From Thermoproteota archaeon (lineage in GTDB: Archaea; Korarchaeota; Korarchaeia; Korarchaeales; JAOZGB01): a stretch of 64,000 bases of DNA. A program made the translations under genes and the position numbers. The notes beneath the pieces were generated by a model. That model was not told the origin of the DNA. It made no database searches and saw only the letters and a program-made list of their open reading frames with translations. Below are positions 1 to 10,116 of this stretch, piece by piece (position 1 is the first letter of the stretch; each line of letters opens with the position of its first letter). The stretch is taken from NCBI GenBank assembly GCA_037917685.1, contig JAVCBU010000012.1, positions 128,001-192,000 of the forward strand, given 5' to 3'.

Positions 1-1
1 T

Positions 2-634
2 ATGCCTCCCTATCCCCCTAAGGTTATAACATTGAAGAATGGGGAGAAGATGGTTGTCCGGCAGGTGGCCAGAGAAGAGGCTTTAAAGCTTCTCGATGCT
101 ATAAGGCCGGTGATATGGGTTGACAAAGACTATTATGACATTGTCGGGGCAAGGACCTATGCAGAGCTACTTGGATGGTATAGATATAGGGTTAGAGATG
201 AATATGCCCTTGTAGGCCTTGTAAACGGAGAACTCTATGGAATTGTGAACGGTAGAATACTAGACGAAAATGTCGGGATAAGTTACCATACGCTGGCTTT
301 AAAGAGAGGTCTTAGAGTGGAAGCTAACCTATTTGCCGCTAAAATGGAGTACCATATTGAGTACCTCGGCCAGAAAGAAGTATGGATAACCGCTGAAAGC
401 CCGATCGGATTCAGAAGGTGGATGCTAACATGGAGGCTTGAGGAGAAGCCTGGAGTACAACACGAGCTAGGCGGGGCTAAAACATGGGTCTTAACAAGGG
501 AAAACTACTTCAAGGTTAGAGACGAGCTTGTGAAAGGTGAAAGACCTGTACCTGAGGACCTTCTGAAGACGGCAGAGAGGATATATGTTCCACCGCAACA
601 AAAGATAATTAGAAGGGTAATGGGCCTCGAATAA
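2..634 (+). CDS. Putative GNAT-fold N-acetyltransferase (may be 5' incomplete at the window edge)
   Basis: 210-aa ORF with a GNAT-like pattern (ALVGLVNGELYGIVN...HTLALKRGLRVEANLF...LGQKEVWITAE); acetyl-CoA motif degenerate. Confidence 0.5.
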   Translation: MPPYPPKVITLKNGEKMVVRQVAREEALKLLDAIRPVIWVDKDYYDIVGARTYAELLGWYRYRVRDEYALVGLVNGELYGIVNGRILDENVGISYHTLALKRGLRVEANLFAAKMEYHIEYLGQKEVWITAESPIGFRRWMLTWRLEEKPGVQHELGGAKTWVLTRENYFKVRDELVKGERPVPEDLLKTAERIYVPPQQKIIRRVMGLE

Positions 635-712
635 AAACCCACTCTTATTTTCGATAATTTCAAAACGATTACGCAGAATAATTTTTTAAGGCTCAAATCC
701 AAAAATTAGGGG

Positions 713-1945
713 ATGCCTGAGTACTCGCTATTTGAGCTTGTAACCTTAGACCTCGCGGGGTTTGAAAGGTCAGTTGCCACGAGTGCCGTGAAGAGAATAG
801 GGTTTGATGGCTCGTCTGTTAAGGGCTTCACACCCATAGAGAACAGCGATTTAGAACTTGCACCCGATTCCACCGTCGTACATCTCCCAGGCAAGGATGG
901 AAGGGCAATCGTGGTGTGCGATGTTGAGAGAAGAGGAAAGCTCTACGATGGAAGCCCCCGGACAATGCTTAAAAAGACGATGCAAGAACTATCCGAAAAG
1001 GGTTATAGATTTAAAGTTGCATTTGAACCTGAATTCTTTCTCCTAGACCCTGAAAGCCTGAAACCCGTAGATAACAGGGACTATTTTAGACATGTGTATG
1101 ATGAAAGAGTGAGAGTATTCCTAAGGGATGCCATTGCATGGTGTAAAGAGGCTAATATCCCATTCTTCAAGTTTCACCATGAAGTAGCCGAGGGCCAGTT
1201 CGAATTTAACATTGAAAAAGCAAACCCTCTTAGAGCATGCGATAACCTGGTCATACTTAGAATGGCATTGAAAGAGATAGCCTGGAGTAACGGTTTAAGG
1301 CTGACTTTCATGCCTAAACCATTCATCGGTATAAATGGAAGCGGAATGCACTTCCATATAAGCGTGTATAAGGGCGACCGATGCCTTTTTGAGGTTAAGG
1401 ACGGCAGGCTTCCTAGGGAGGCTCTAAACTTCATAGCTGGAGTGTTAACGCATGCGAGAGAGCTAAGTAGCATTGCCTCGCCTACTGTTAACTCATATAA
1501 AAGGCTTATACCAGGCTTTGAGGCACCAGTCTACCTTACATGGGGATTTAGTAACAGATCATGTCTGGTAAGGGTTCCATATTATGGTGATGGCCCTACA
1601 AGAATGGAATACAGACATCCTGACCCCTATGGAAACCCATATCTTATCTGTGCAACTGTCGCCTTAGCTGGTGTCATGGGAATAGAGGAGGATTTAAGCC
1701 CTCCTAGCGCTGCTGACTTCAACGTTTACCGTAGAAAGGGAGAGTTCAGGTCTCTCCCTGGAAGCTTAGGGGAGGCTTTACAAGTATCGGCATCTTCAAG
1801 TCTGCTTAGGAACATTATGGGAGACAATCTTGAGAGGTATAAGGATATTAAAAGTCGTGAATGGGAGGAATATCTCGGAGAGGCTGGAGGCTGGGAGGAG
1901 ACGCGATTTAAAATCCTAGACTGGGAGTACCAAAAATACCTATAA
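713..1945 (+). CDS. glnA: Glutamine synthetase type I family protein (GlnA or GlnA-like gamma-glutamyl ligase)
   Basis: FDGSS, HHEVAEGQFE, FMPKPFIGINGSGMHFH, NSYKRLIPGFEAP, NRSCLVRVP and RMEYRHPDP motifs. Confidence 0.85.
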   Translation: MPEYSLFELVTLDLAGFERSVATSAVKRIGFDGSSVKGFTPIENSDLELAPDSTVVHLPGKDGRAIVVCDVERRGKLYDGSPRTMLKKTMQELSEKGYRFKVAFEPEFFLLDPESLKPVDNRDYFRHVYDERVRVFLRDAIAWCKEANIPFFKFHHEVAEGQFEFNIEKANPLRACDNLVILRMALKEIAWSNGLRLTFMPKPFIGINGSGMHFHISVYKGDRCLFEVKDGRLPREALNFIAGVLTHARELSSIASPTVNSYKRLIPGFEAPVYLTWGFSNRSCLVRVPYYGDGPTRMEYRHPDPYGNPYLICATVALAGVMGIEEDLSPPSAADFNVYRRKGEFRSLPGSLGEALQVSASSSLLRNIMGDNLERYKDIKSREWEEYLGEAGGWEETRFKILDWEYQKYL

Positions 1946-1978
1946 GCTTAATAGATGAGCTAGTAATAGGAACCATGT

Positions 1979-2854
1979 ATGCATCCCCCTATCTTACTTC
2001 TTGTTATCATCAAATGCCTCAGCGTTGCTCAGCCAACCGTTGAATATCTGCATGTATCTGTTGACTATTATGATGGCTTTACCTCAGTAACCAATATCAT
2101 AGGTTTAAAGGGGTGGTCTGGAGAGTTTAACGTGACAATCTGCGTTGCGAGGAGCTCTATGTCTATGTTAGAGGTTCTGGTAAATGGTGAACCGGTTGAA
2201 TATAGAACTGTTGAGTTGGAGGGGGCCACGGCCTTTCTAATTCCTTTTAATGGAGACGGAGAAATAAGTATAAGCTTCGTTTCAGACTATCTGGTTGGTA
2301 AAGCCTTGGATACATGGAGTATCAGCTACAGGATTATAGTTGAAACCCCTGCATGGGAGGTTACAGCCACACTCAGGCTTCCAGCCTTATCAGCACTCAC
2401 AAGTTTTAATAGCACTGGAAGCTTGAGGATCGTCCATTCAACTGACTACTTAACTCTCGTATTACTTGACTCTATGAAGGAGACCCTTGATTTCACGTTC
2501 TTCTTCACAAGAAAGCCCACAATTGAGAGCCTCCTAAACGAGTTCCTACCGCTAATCGGGGCGGCTGGATTATCGTTCCTTGCCGGACTTATAATCGCCC
2601 TTAAGATTAGAAAACCCGCATTAGAGACTGCCTTAGAGCTTCTTCCAAGAAATGAAGCCTTCATAGTGAGGCTTATAGATGAGGCAGGCCCGTTGACACA
2701 GTCTGATATACAACGGGCGATGAAAATACCAAAGTCAAGCCTGTCAAGAATTCTTGAGTCAATGGAGGAAAGGGGTGTGATAAAACGAATTCCTTACAGT
2801 GGAAGTAAACTTGTCATGCCTGGTCCGAAGGTAAAGAAGATAAAGGGTAGGTAG
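1979..2854 (+). CDS. Membrane-anchored protein with C-terminal winged-helix HTH (COG2512-like)
   Basis: Signal-like N-terminus, beta-rich domain, TM helix LPLIGAAGLSFLAGLIIAL, then wHTH LTQSDIQRAMKIPKSSLSRILESMEERGVIKR. Confidence 0.75.
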   Translation: MHPPILLLVIIKCLSVAQPTVEYLHVSVDYYDGFTSVTNIIGLKGWSGEFNVTICVARSSMSMLEVLVNGEPVEYRTVELEGATAFLIPFNGDGEISISFVSDYLVGKALDTWSISYRIIVETPAWEVTATLRLPALSALTSFNSTGSLRIVHSTDYLTLVLLDSMKETLDFTFFFTRKPTIESLLNEFLPLIGAAGLSFLAGLIIALKIRKPALETALELLPRNEAFIVRLIDEAGPLTQSDIQRAMKIPKSSLSRILESMEERGVIKRIPYSGSKLVMPGPKVKKIKGR

Positions 2855-2905
2855 GTTCACCCATTATTTATATACTGTTCCATAATGGAGAGATTTAGAG
2901 TATAA

Positions 2906-3409
2906 ATGAATGGGAATAACCGAAATATTAACTACAAGCTTCTCGTTCTAGCAGTTGCCACGGTAGTAGGACTTTCAATACTTCAATTGTACATTGCTGA
3001 CAAGATGCTTTCTCAGGTTCCAAAGCGAAGAGCGGATTTTCTCAGGAGACTAGCTGGATACACGCCTGAAGAGTGGGTTGTCAGGAGAGGTCAGAATATT
3101 CTCATAGCTTCCGGTCCCGGAGGGTTTGTATCCCTTTACGGGCGGGATGTAAACCTCCTAGTAGAAAGCGGAGTGGTTACCTTTAGTGTTAGAGATAAGA
3201 AATTATATGTCGATGTTTCCTTGACTGGTGAAGCATACATTTCGAGAAAGGCTTTTTCAAAGAGTTATATAGTGTTCTCATTATCGCGGGGTGACGCCCG
3301 GTACAGGCTAATTATAGCTTCTCCAATGGCTGGGTATAACATAGAAAGGATTAATGGTGGTGTTGAGATAAGTAACCAGTATCTTGTAGTAAGAATAAGT
3401 AGGGGGTGA
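2906..3409 (+). CDS. Hypothetical protein with N-terminal TM helix
   Basis: 167-aa ORF, hydrophobic stretch LLVLAVATVVGLSILQLYI, TATA-like TTTATATA upstream. Confidence 0.6.
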   Translation: MNGNNRNINYKLLVLAVATVVGLSILQLYIADKMLSQVPKRRADFLRRLAGYTPEEWVVRRGQNILIASGPGGFVSLYGRDVNLLVESGVVTFSVRDKKLYVDVSLTGEAYISRKAFSKSYIVFSLSRGDARYRLIIASPMAGYNIERINGGVEISNQYLVVRISRG

Positions 3410-3978
3410 TATGTATGAGTATTACCGAAAGAATGGGGGGAATCTTGTTATTAAGAGAGGAATCTTATAGAGACGCCCTCGAAAAGGGAACCATTGCGGA
3501 GGCTGCATCTCTAGCCATAATAGCTGTCGCTGTTTCAGCATTCTTCGGATTTATAGGCCTCGGCTTCTATGTTAGGAGGAGTCCGATTCAGCTGTTCAGA
3601 AGACTAACCGTAGCCTTCATACCTGTGAGGTTCAGTGTTCCCATAGAAATTGTTTTTTGGATAGGATGGTGGACAGTATGGACCCTGATAATAGGTGGAC
3701 TATCCATAACTCTTGGAGGAGAGCGTAACCTGGAGGGATTCATGAAACTTACCGGTTACTCGATGTTTCCACATATCCTTGGTGTTGCAAGAATAATACC
3801 ATTCCTTGGTAGGCCCGTATACTTCCTTGCACTTCTATGGAGCCTTGCTTGCTGGATATACTCCACAAAGACAGCGTTTAATCTGAGGGCTGAAAAAACT
3901 GTTATAGTATATCTGTTGGCATTCATAATCCTCATTGTTGGAGGATTCACTATAATGGCTGTCATCAGACTCGCATAG
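3406..3978 (+). CDS. Yip1-domain membrane protein
   Basis: About 5 TM helices; LGGERNLEGFMKLTGYSMFP pattern typical of Yip1; start may be the ATG at 3415. Confidence 0.7.
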   Translation: MICMSITERMGGILLLREESYRDALEKGTIAEAASLAIIAVAVSAFFGFIGLGFYVRRSPIQLFRRLTVAFIPVRFSVPIEIVFWIGWWTVWTLIIGGLSITLGGERNLEGFMKLTGYSMFPHILGVARIIPFLGRPVYFLALLWSLACWIYSTKTAFNLRAEKTVIVYLLAFIILIVGGFTIMAVIRLA

Positions 3979-4026
3979 ATTCCACCCACCTTTTTTATTA
4001 GACACTTTGACACCCATAGTATAGGG

Positions 4027-5853
4027 ATGAAAAGATATGTTGCCATGGTAATATTTGTAGCAACGCTATCAACCCTAATACTCTATAGGTCTTTTCCGAA
4101 GAGAAAGATGCTGCTTGAGGAGACTGTTGATCTGTATTTGAAGCCTTACTGGACGACTGGAATTAAAGGCTTTATAACGTCGAAAATAGATAGGGAAGCT
4201 GTCAATCTTGCGTATAAGTGCGGTTTTAACCTCATCATACTCGATGGTTCCGGGGAAGCCCCGTCTCTTCTACTCTGCGGTCAGAGAACTGTGTTGTTGA
4301 TCCATGCCTCCGAACTTAGCCGTAGAAAGATACCTGAATGTATAGATGGCCTGTTTATACTATGGGACAGTAACCCCAAAGTTGAAACCGTAGAAAGCCT
4401 CGCATGTGTATTAGACATTGTAATGGCATTTTCAAAGAATCTGTACCAATTAGATGGATACCCAGTAATTCCATGTACAGCAGATATGAGTTTCAAAGAT
4501 GCTGTTCTCGTTACCAGCCATATCGATGCCGGGGTTTTAGAATATGCAGCCACAAGTATGCTTGGCTTTATCCTAAACACTAGTCTGGAGGATATCAGGA
4601 GTAATCAAGATCTCCTTAGGATTTTAGCTGGGCCAAGGCCGACGCTTAACCTTTCAATAGTCAGCGTCCAGTTTTACGAATGTTTAAGGAACGACGCCGG
4701 CACGGTTGAGAATCTTACGTTTTATATGCCTCTCCCAAGGGTAGATGACAGGCAGGTGATCCTATGGATTGAGGCATCTGGGAGAACTAACGAGACGCTT
4801 GTAAACGTAAGAATAGAGTCTATTAAGAGGGATGAGTGGGGTAATAACTATGCAAAGATATCAGTTGGGAAATTCCCAGAAAATAGTATATTATGTGTAA
4901 ATCTTACATGCAAAGTGCTTACAAGATACTTATCATATGATTACCTTGACCACTATAACTTTGAGGTTCCAGGGGAGTATCCGGAACCGGTTAGGATATT
5001 TTTAAACTCGTCTTTGAACGTTGAAGCAGATCATCCAGAACTTGTAGAGAAGGCGTGGAATATTACAACGGGCATGGATAATCCCTTGGAGATAGCAAAA
5101 AGTTTCGCCCAATACGTCACCTGGAATGTCAGACCCGTCGACCTTAAACCGTGGGAGGGCGTCAGCGCCCTTAAAACTCTAAGGGAAGGATGGGGCCTAT
5201 GTGTTAGGAGATCCTATTTAATAGTCGGTCTTCTGCGTGCAAGAGGGATCCCGGCGAGGCTTTTGTGGGTTGTCCCAGCAAGCCCTGAGGGAGGGTCGAG
5301 TTATACCCACTGCATCCCTATAGTATACCTGCATCTCTATGGGTGGGTTCCAATAGAGCCTATTTACGGCGTTGTCCCGGAAACAATTCATACAATCCCC
5401 TCCGGAAGCGTATACGTATATTACTGGCTTGGCAGCCTGGACGATGAGTCTCTAAGTGATTCTTCAGGGCTAATTTGGCCTTTTCATAAACCTAGGGAGG
5501 CCTTTAAATGCAGCCACACAGGTATAGCGCCTATTGAACCCGTACTCTCATATGGAAGGTATATGCCAGGACAGTACGGAATTGTCATAAAGAGGTTCAC
5601 CTCATGTATCGACTGGTGGAAACTGGCTGAAATTTCACGTCTTCTCCTCGAGACAGCTGGATCGAAAGAGTTTGAAAGCCTCAGGGAGTACTTTTCACTG
5701 ATTAAAAACCTGGATGCTGCTGATAATCCAGGCAGTCTTGTTGAGGAAGCCTATTTTCTCCTTTTCGGCTGTCATGGGATAAGCTTCGGGGATATGAACG
5801 TTTCGATGACCGCGGCGATAAGAAATGGAACTATACTTCCAGCGATCAGGTAG
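4027..5853 (+). CDS. Membrane-anchored/secreted transglutaminase-like domain protein
   Basis: N-terminal TM; GLCVRRSYLIVGLLRARGIPAR (Cys), HCIPIVY (His), GWVPIEP. Confidence 0.8.
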   Translation: MKRYVAMVIFVATLSTLILYRSFPKRKMLLEETVDLYLKPYWTTGIKGFITSKIDREAVNLAYKCGFNLIILDGSGEAPSLLLCGQRTVLLIHASELSRRKIPECIDGLFILWDSNPKVETVESLACVLDIVMAFSKNLYQLDGYPVIPCTADMSFKDAVLVTSHIDAGVLEYAATSMLGFILNTSLEDIRSNQDLLRILAGPRPTLNLSIVSVQFYECLRNDAGTVENLTFYMPLPRVDDRQVILWIEASGRTNETLVNVRIESIKRDEWGNNYAKISVGKFPENSILCVNLTCKVLTRYLSYDYLDHYNFEVPGEYPEPVRIFLNSSLNVEADHPELVEKAWNITTGMDNPLEIAKSFAQYVTWNVRPVDLKPWEGVSALKTLREGWGLCVRRSYLIVGLLRARGIPARLLWVVPASPEGGSSYTHCIPIVYLHLYGWVPIEPIYGVVPETIHTIPSGSVYVYYWLGSLDDESLSDSSGLIWPFHKPREAFKCSHTGIAPIEPVLSYGRYMPGQYGIVIKRFTSCIDWWKLAEISRLLLETAGSKEFESLREYFSLIKNLDAADNPGSLVEEAYFLLFGCHGISFGDMNVSMTAAIRNGTILPAIR

Positions 5854-7292
5854 AGTGTTTCTCTAATCCTCCCCTCAAGATCTGATTCCTCATCTCTCAG
5901 CATTTTTACAAATTCGTAGCCCATCCTTAATCCTGCAACATTAAAAAGTATGAAGACAGGGATTTCTATTACCCCGTGGGGGAGCAGGGAGGGCCATAGC
6001 TTCGACTTCGACACTATACTTGCATATTCAACTATTATTCCTGCCAGGTAGCCATTGAAGAATACAATTAGTATTGGGGGTGCTACTAGGAGGCCTGAAA
6101 AGGATGCTCCTATACTTACCAGCCAGTTATTGAAGAATATTGAGAAAGCCAGCTGCATCTTCTGGAAAAGTAGCAGTTCCGCCGGCTTAAACGTTGCCCT
6201 TAGATCTCCGAGGAATTCGCTTGTCTGGTTCCATAGGGGGGCAGCGTCTTTTGCACCAAGCATGTAGGAAGCTATGAATAGCAGTACCAGGCTAGCTATA
6301 AGGTGGATATTCCTCGCTGTAAATCCTGGAAGACTGCTGAGCCCCTTCCTCACATATTTCCATGGGAATCTTAGCCAGTTAACCCTCTCCTTCCCAAGTC
6401 TAATCCTCTCCTCCATTCTAAGATCCATGTATAGCATGGCTTTTGCCGTGTAGAAGACAGGTTCAACGTAGACTGTCTGAAGCGCTGAAACCATCGTTGA
6501 GACTATAACTCCGAGCAGCGAGAATACGCTTACGATAAGAGAGACCGTTAGGTACATTAGGAGGTATATTACACCGTAACCTATAACGGTGGACAAGTTC
6601 TTCGAAGCTAACTTGTAGCCTTTTACAATGGAGGCGAGGGCTGTTTCACCGTCTGCCATGTAGTTAAAGACGAAAAACTTGATGAAAAGGGCGACTAATA
6701 AGAGTATTATGAACATAAGCATTGAAAATAATATTAGGGCTATGAGAGATGGTTCTGAGCTATATCCAACCATTGCTAGTAAGAGTATTAGAGGGACGAG
6801 TGGTATCGCACTAATTGTGAGGCTGGCGACGAAGCTGTGAAACCACCTCTTCCTTATGATTTCGATGGCCGACCTCACACTAAATACTCCTGTCCTTAGG
6901 TATCCCTGAACGTATGCGTATTTGAACAGCTCGGAGATTGAATATATAAAGACAGCGAGTATTATCCATGCAAGAAGTACCGTTCCGAACTGTAAAAACG
7001 GGAATACGTCTCTTATGTACGCTATGTCCTTATACTTCACCGCTTGGATTAGAGCTCTTACACCCCCGGTTTTTAGGAGGTGTCTAAGCATGGTTATCAG
7101 TGAGACATATATTAGGGATGAGACTCCGGCGTTCATCCCGTAGGATATAGCGCTTGGCAGCATGAGGATTGGCTTTTTATAGTAATTCAAGGAGGCCTCC
7201 GAGATGAGCTTGGAGACGGATATTTTCACAGGTTGAAATCCGTATGTGTACTGGTAGGGTTCGGCTGTGTAGGGACTATAACTTTCACCCAT
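5772..7292 (-). CDS. Multi-pass membrane protein with C-terminal SpoIIM/DUF95 domain
   Basis: IFFNN...FFNGYLAG...LLPHGVIEIP...AAVIETFISP signature, plus an additional N-terminal multi-TM domain. Confidence 0.8.
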   Translation of the reverse strand: MGESYSPYTAEPYQYTYGFQPVKISVSKLISEASLNYYKKPILMLPSAISYGMNAGVSSLIYVSLITMLRHLLKTGGVRALIQAVKYKDIAYIRDVFPFLQFGTVLLAWIILAVFIYSISELFKYAYVQGYLRTGVFSVRSAIEIIRKRWFHSFVASLTISAIPLVPLILLLAMVGYSSEPSLIALILFSMLMFIILLLVALFIKFFVFNYMADGETALASIVKGYKLASKNLSTVIGYGVIYLLMYLTVSLIVSVFSLLGVIVSTMVSALQTVYVEPVFYTAKAMLYMDLRMEERIRLGKERVNWLRFPWKYVRKGLSSLPGFTARNIHLIASLVLLFIASYMLGAKDAAPLWNQTSEFLGDLRATFKPAELLLFQKMQLAFSIFFNNWLVSIGASFSGLLVAPPILIVFFNGYLAGIIVEYASIVSKSKLWPSLLPHGVIEIPVFILFNVAGLRMGYEFVKMLRDEESDLEGRIRETLYLIAGSIVPFLIAAVIETFISPKLIP

Positions 7293-7361
7293 CTTGATTA
7301 CACTTAGATTATAGCTAGCTTAATTCTTTAAAGTTTACTGTTTAAGAGAGTAGAGATACAA

Positions 7362-8216
7362 ATGTTAGCCTACCTGAGGCTTATCAGAGCTGAGCATGGT
7401 ATAGCGGCGGGCATAGCCGCCGTATCCAGCATACTGATAGCTGGCTCCTCGGAGATTTTAGATCTAGCCGTAGGTTTCGCTGTAGGTTTCCTCATAACCT
7501 CCGGTGGATTTGCGATAAATGACTATTTCGACGTGGAAGTTGACAAGATCAATAGGAGGTTTGACAGGCCTCTTGTTACCGGTGAGATCGGGTTAAAGCA
7601 GGCTTTAAGCCTTGGATTGACCCTAAACGCTTTAGGTGTAGTTGCTTCGGCGTTTCTATCACTCTACGCTTTTGTGGTTGCATCGGTGTTTTCCGTGGGT
7701 GTTTCAATGTCTTATGGGCCTTGGCTTAAAGGTAGACATTGGAGTATTAAAAACATGGTTGTAGGCCTTTCATATTTTATTCCTTGTTTTTACGGTGGAT
7801 TTGTTGTAATGCCAGGGACCGATAGGTGGATATCACTTCTAATATTAAGCCTTACTGCTTTCCTCTTCGGGCTTGGAAGGGAAATAATGAAGGATGTAAT
7901 GGATCTCGAAGGCGACATGATAAGGAATGTAAAGTCCTTCGCATCAATATACGGTGTTTCCCCGGCTTTGAAGACAGCCTCAGTCCTATACATTCTTGCA
8001 GTACTGCTCAGTTTTGCCGCCTATATAAAGGTCTTTAGAAGCTTGATATTTGCATTTACGATTGCACCTGTCGACCTAGCCGCAACATACATTGCAGCCA
8101 GACTTTACCGTGGAGCAAGCGTTGAGGATATAAGGAGGTTTAGAGGGTGGACTATCCTGGTTTTCCTTTTCGGATTGTTCTCTTTTCTTATCTCAAGCAT
8201 TAAGGTATCTCTTTAG
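7362..8216 (+). CDS. UbiA-family prenyltransferase, probable digeranylgeranylglyceryl-phosphate synthase
   Basis: NDYFDVEVDKINRRFDRPL and REIMKDVMDLEGD Asp-rich motifs; multi-TM. Confidence 0.85.
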   Translation: MLAYLRLIRAEHGIAAGIAAVSSILIAGSSEILDLAVGFAVGFLITSGGFAINDYFDVEVDKINRRFDRPLVTGEIGLKQALSLGLTLNALGVVASAFLSLYAFVVASVFSVGVSMSYGPWLKGRHWSIKNMVVGLSYFIPCFYGGFVVMPGTDRWISLLILSLTAFLFGLGREIMKDVMDLEGDMIRNVKSFASIYGVSPALKTASVLYILAVLLSFAAYIKVFRSLIFAFTIAPVDLAATYIAARLYRGASVEDIRRFRGWTILVFLFGLFSFLISSIKVSL

Positions 8217-9122
8217 ATCTTGCATGAGGACGCAGACTCTACAGAGATCTCTAGATGACGGTTCTCCGCAGGAGATGCATTTTTTAAGTTTTACGTCTGA
8301 GACTATTTTCTCCCACGCTGGCTTTACAGCATCCTCTACGGCCATTATAAGGTTATGCTTGGCCCCCGGCATTCTACTTTCAACCACATCCAGATAACTT
8401 CTCACAAGGGTCCTCATCCCCGTTCTATACCTGCATGTACGCCCGTAGACTTCTACACCGTTAAGTATGGCATATTGTAGGGTTTCCTTCTCGTATATCC
8501 TCTTTAACGGCATTATTCTTCTAACAAGTCCTTCCCTTGGAAGTGGTGGCTTCACAAGCTTTGCAAGGGAGTAGAGGTCTCCCCTGATAAGATTCATCAA
8601 ATATGCTTGAGCTATGTCATCAAGATTGTGGCCTGTTGCAAGCTTGGTTGCTCCAAGCTCCCTGGCGGCTACGTTTAGAAGCCTCCTCCGGAAGACTCCA
8701 CAGTAGGTGCAGGGGGTTCTCCTATGGCCTGGCGGTATACTTGCTGCTATCTCGTCGACTGTAAACCCATAGTAGTCCTTAAAGCTATAGATGTTAAGTT
8801 TAACCCCTATTTCCCCGCAGTGCTTGTGGATGATTTTAAATGCTTCATCTCTATACCCCTTGATCCCTTCGTCTATAGCGAGTGCTTCCAATGTGAAATT
8901 ATCACTATTCCGCCTATATTTTTCAAGCATTAACATAGTTATAGTGCTGTCTTTACCGCCTGAAACGGCTACGACAATATGGTCTCCTGGCTCGATGCTT
9001 CGGCTTAGCACTTTAAAGATTCTTTTATCAAATATTCTGTTAAAGCATTCCTTACACAGGTTTTGGTTTAGCTGTCTATGCGTTAATACAGCTTTTCTAG
9101 TGCGGCATCTTTCACAGATCAA
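8193..9122 (-). CDS. ttuA: tRNA 2-thiolation protein, TtuA/Ncs6 family
   Basis: N- and C-terminal Zn fingers, PP-loop SGGKDS, CTYCGVFRR, GHNLDD. Confidence 0.9.
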   Translation of the reverse strand: MICERCRTRKAVLTHRQLNQNLCKECFNRIFDKRIFKVLSRSIEPGDHIVVAVSGGKDSTITMLMLEKYRRNSDNFTLEALAIDEGIKGYRDEAFKIIHKHCGEIGVKLNIYSFKDYYGFTVDEIAASIPPGHRRTPCTYCGVFRRRLLNVAARELGATKLATGHNLDDIAQAYLMNLIRGDLYSLAKLVKPPLPREGLVRRIMPLKRIYEKETLQYAILNGVEVYGRTCRYRTGMRTLVRSYLDVVESRMPGAKHNLIMAVEDAVKPAWEKIVSDVKLKKCISCGEPSSRDLCRVCVLMQDLKRYLNA

Positions 9123-9344
9123 TTAACCACCGGAAGACACCCTTACAAGCCTAATAGTATCCCCGTTCTTAAGCTTGACATGGTCGGGTATCAGTCTCCC
9201 GTTTATGGTTGCTATGTAACTCTCTCTTACAAGACCCATATGCCTAAACAGGTCGGAAATCATGGTGCCTTCTTTAACGTCGACTTCTAAAACCTTCAAC
9301 GGGCCTCCTTTGTCAATTTCAACTTTTACCCTCAAGCCTACCAT
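9123..9344 (-). CDS. Ubiquitin-like ThiS/MoaD/SAMP sulfur carrier (TtuB-like)
   Basis: 73 aa ending VSSGG, directly upstream of ttuA. Confidence 0.85.
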   Translation of the reverse strand: MVGLRVKVEIDKGGPLKVLEVDVKEGTMISDLFRHMGLVRESYIATINGRLIPDHVKLKNGDTIRLVRVSSGG

Positions 9345-10107
9345 CCAGAAACTCTTTTAACATTTTATTAAACTCGCTGGGCTTCTCTAACATTAGATTA
9401 TGGCCTGAATCTCTTAAAACTATAATCTTGATATTTTCTACCTTGGACAGTTGTTCCATCTCCCTTTTGGAAACGAGCTTTTCATATTGTCCATAAAACA
9501 CTAACACTGGAATATTAACACTGCTGAGATCATGTAGAAGGTTAGGATAAGATGTGTTTCTTAGACACTCAACTAATGCGTACTTTGAAGCTTTTGCGGA
9601 TTCGGATCTTACAAATTTCACAATCTCCTTGTCAGCTTTAGGTCCGAAGAGGAAGGGTGTTATTAGAAGTCTTGAGATCAACTCGCTTCCAAGTACAAGT
9701 TTTAACAGCGTTGCCTGTAATCTGCTGGCTTTAACAGTATGTAATGGCGGGGACACGAGAACAAGCTTTTCTACCTGGTGGCTAAGCTTGAAGTAGGATT
9801 TGAGGGCTATTAGCGAACCAAGACTGTGGCCTACCACGGTTAGACGTGATAGGTTTAGATGTTGACATAGCTCTATGTGATCTTTAACTAACCTGTCAAG
9901 GCTATAGTCTCCTGGGGAGGGCTTATCCGAGTCACCATGGCCTCTTAGGTCATACACTACAACCTTATATATAGGAGAAAATCTCTCCACCTGGTTATAC
10001 CAGAAATTTCTGGAAGCAGCCCAGCCGTGGACAAAAATAATGGGGAGGCCTTCACCCTCCGTTTCATATTTAATTCTAACCCCGTCACTGGTTCTAAAAT
10101 AAGGCAT
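9319..10107 (-). CDS. Alpha/beta hydrolase
   Basis: FVHGW, DLRGHGDS, nucleophile elbow GHSLG, catalytic His in SGHNLMLE. Confidence 0.9.
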   Translation of the reverse strand: MPYFRTSDGVRIKYETEGEGLPIIFVHGWAASRNFWYNQVERFSPIYKVVVYDLRGHGDSDKPSPGDYSLDRLVKDHIELCQHLNLSRLTVVGHSLGSLIALKSYFKLSHQVEKLVLVSPPLHTVKASRLQATLLKLVLGSELISRLLITPFLFGPKADKEIVKFVRSESAKASKYALVECLRNTSYPNLLHDLSSVNIPVLVFYGQYEKLVSKREMEQLSKVENIKIIVLRDSGHNLMLEKPSEFNKMLKEFLDGRLEGKS

Positions 10108-10116
10108 ATCTTACCT

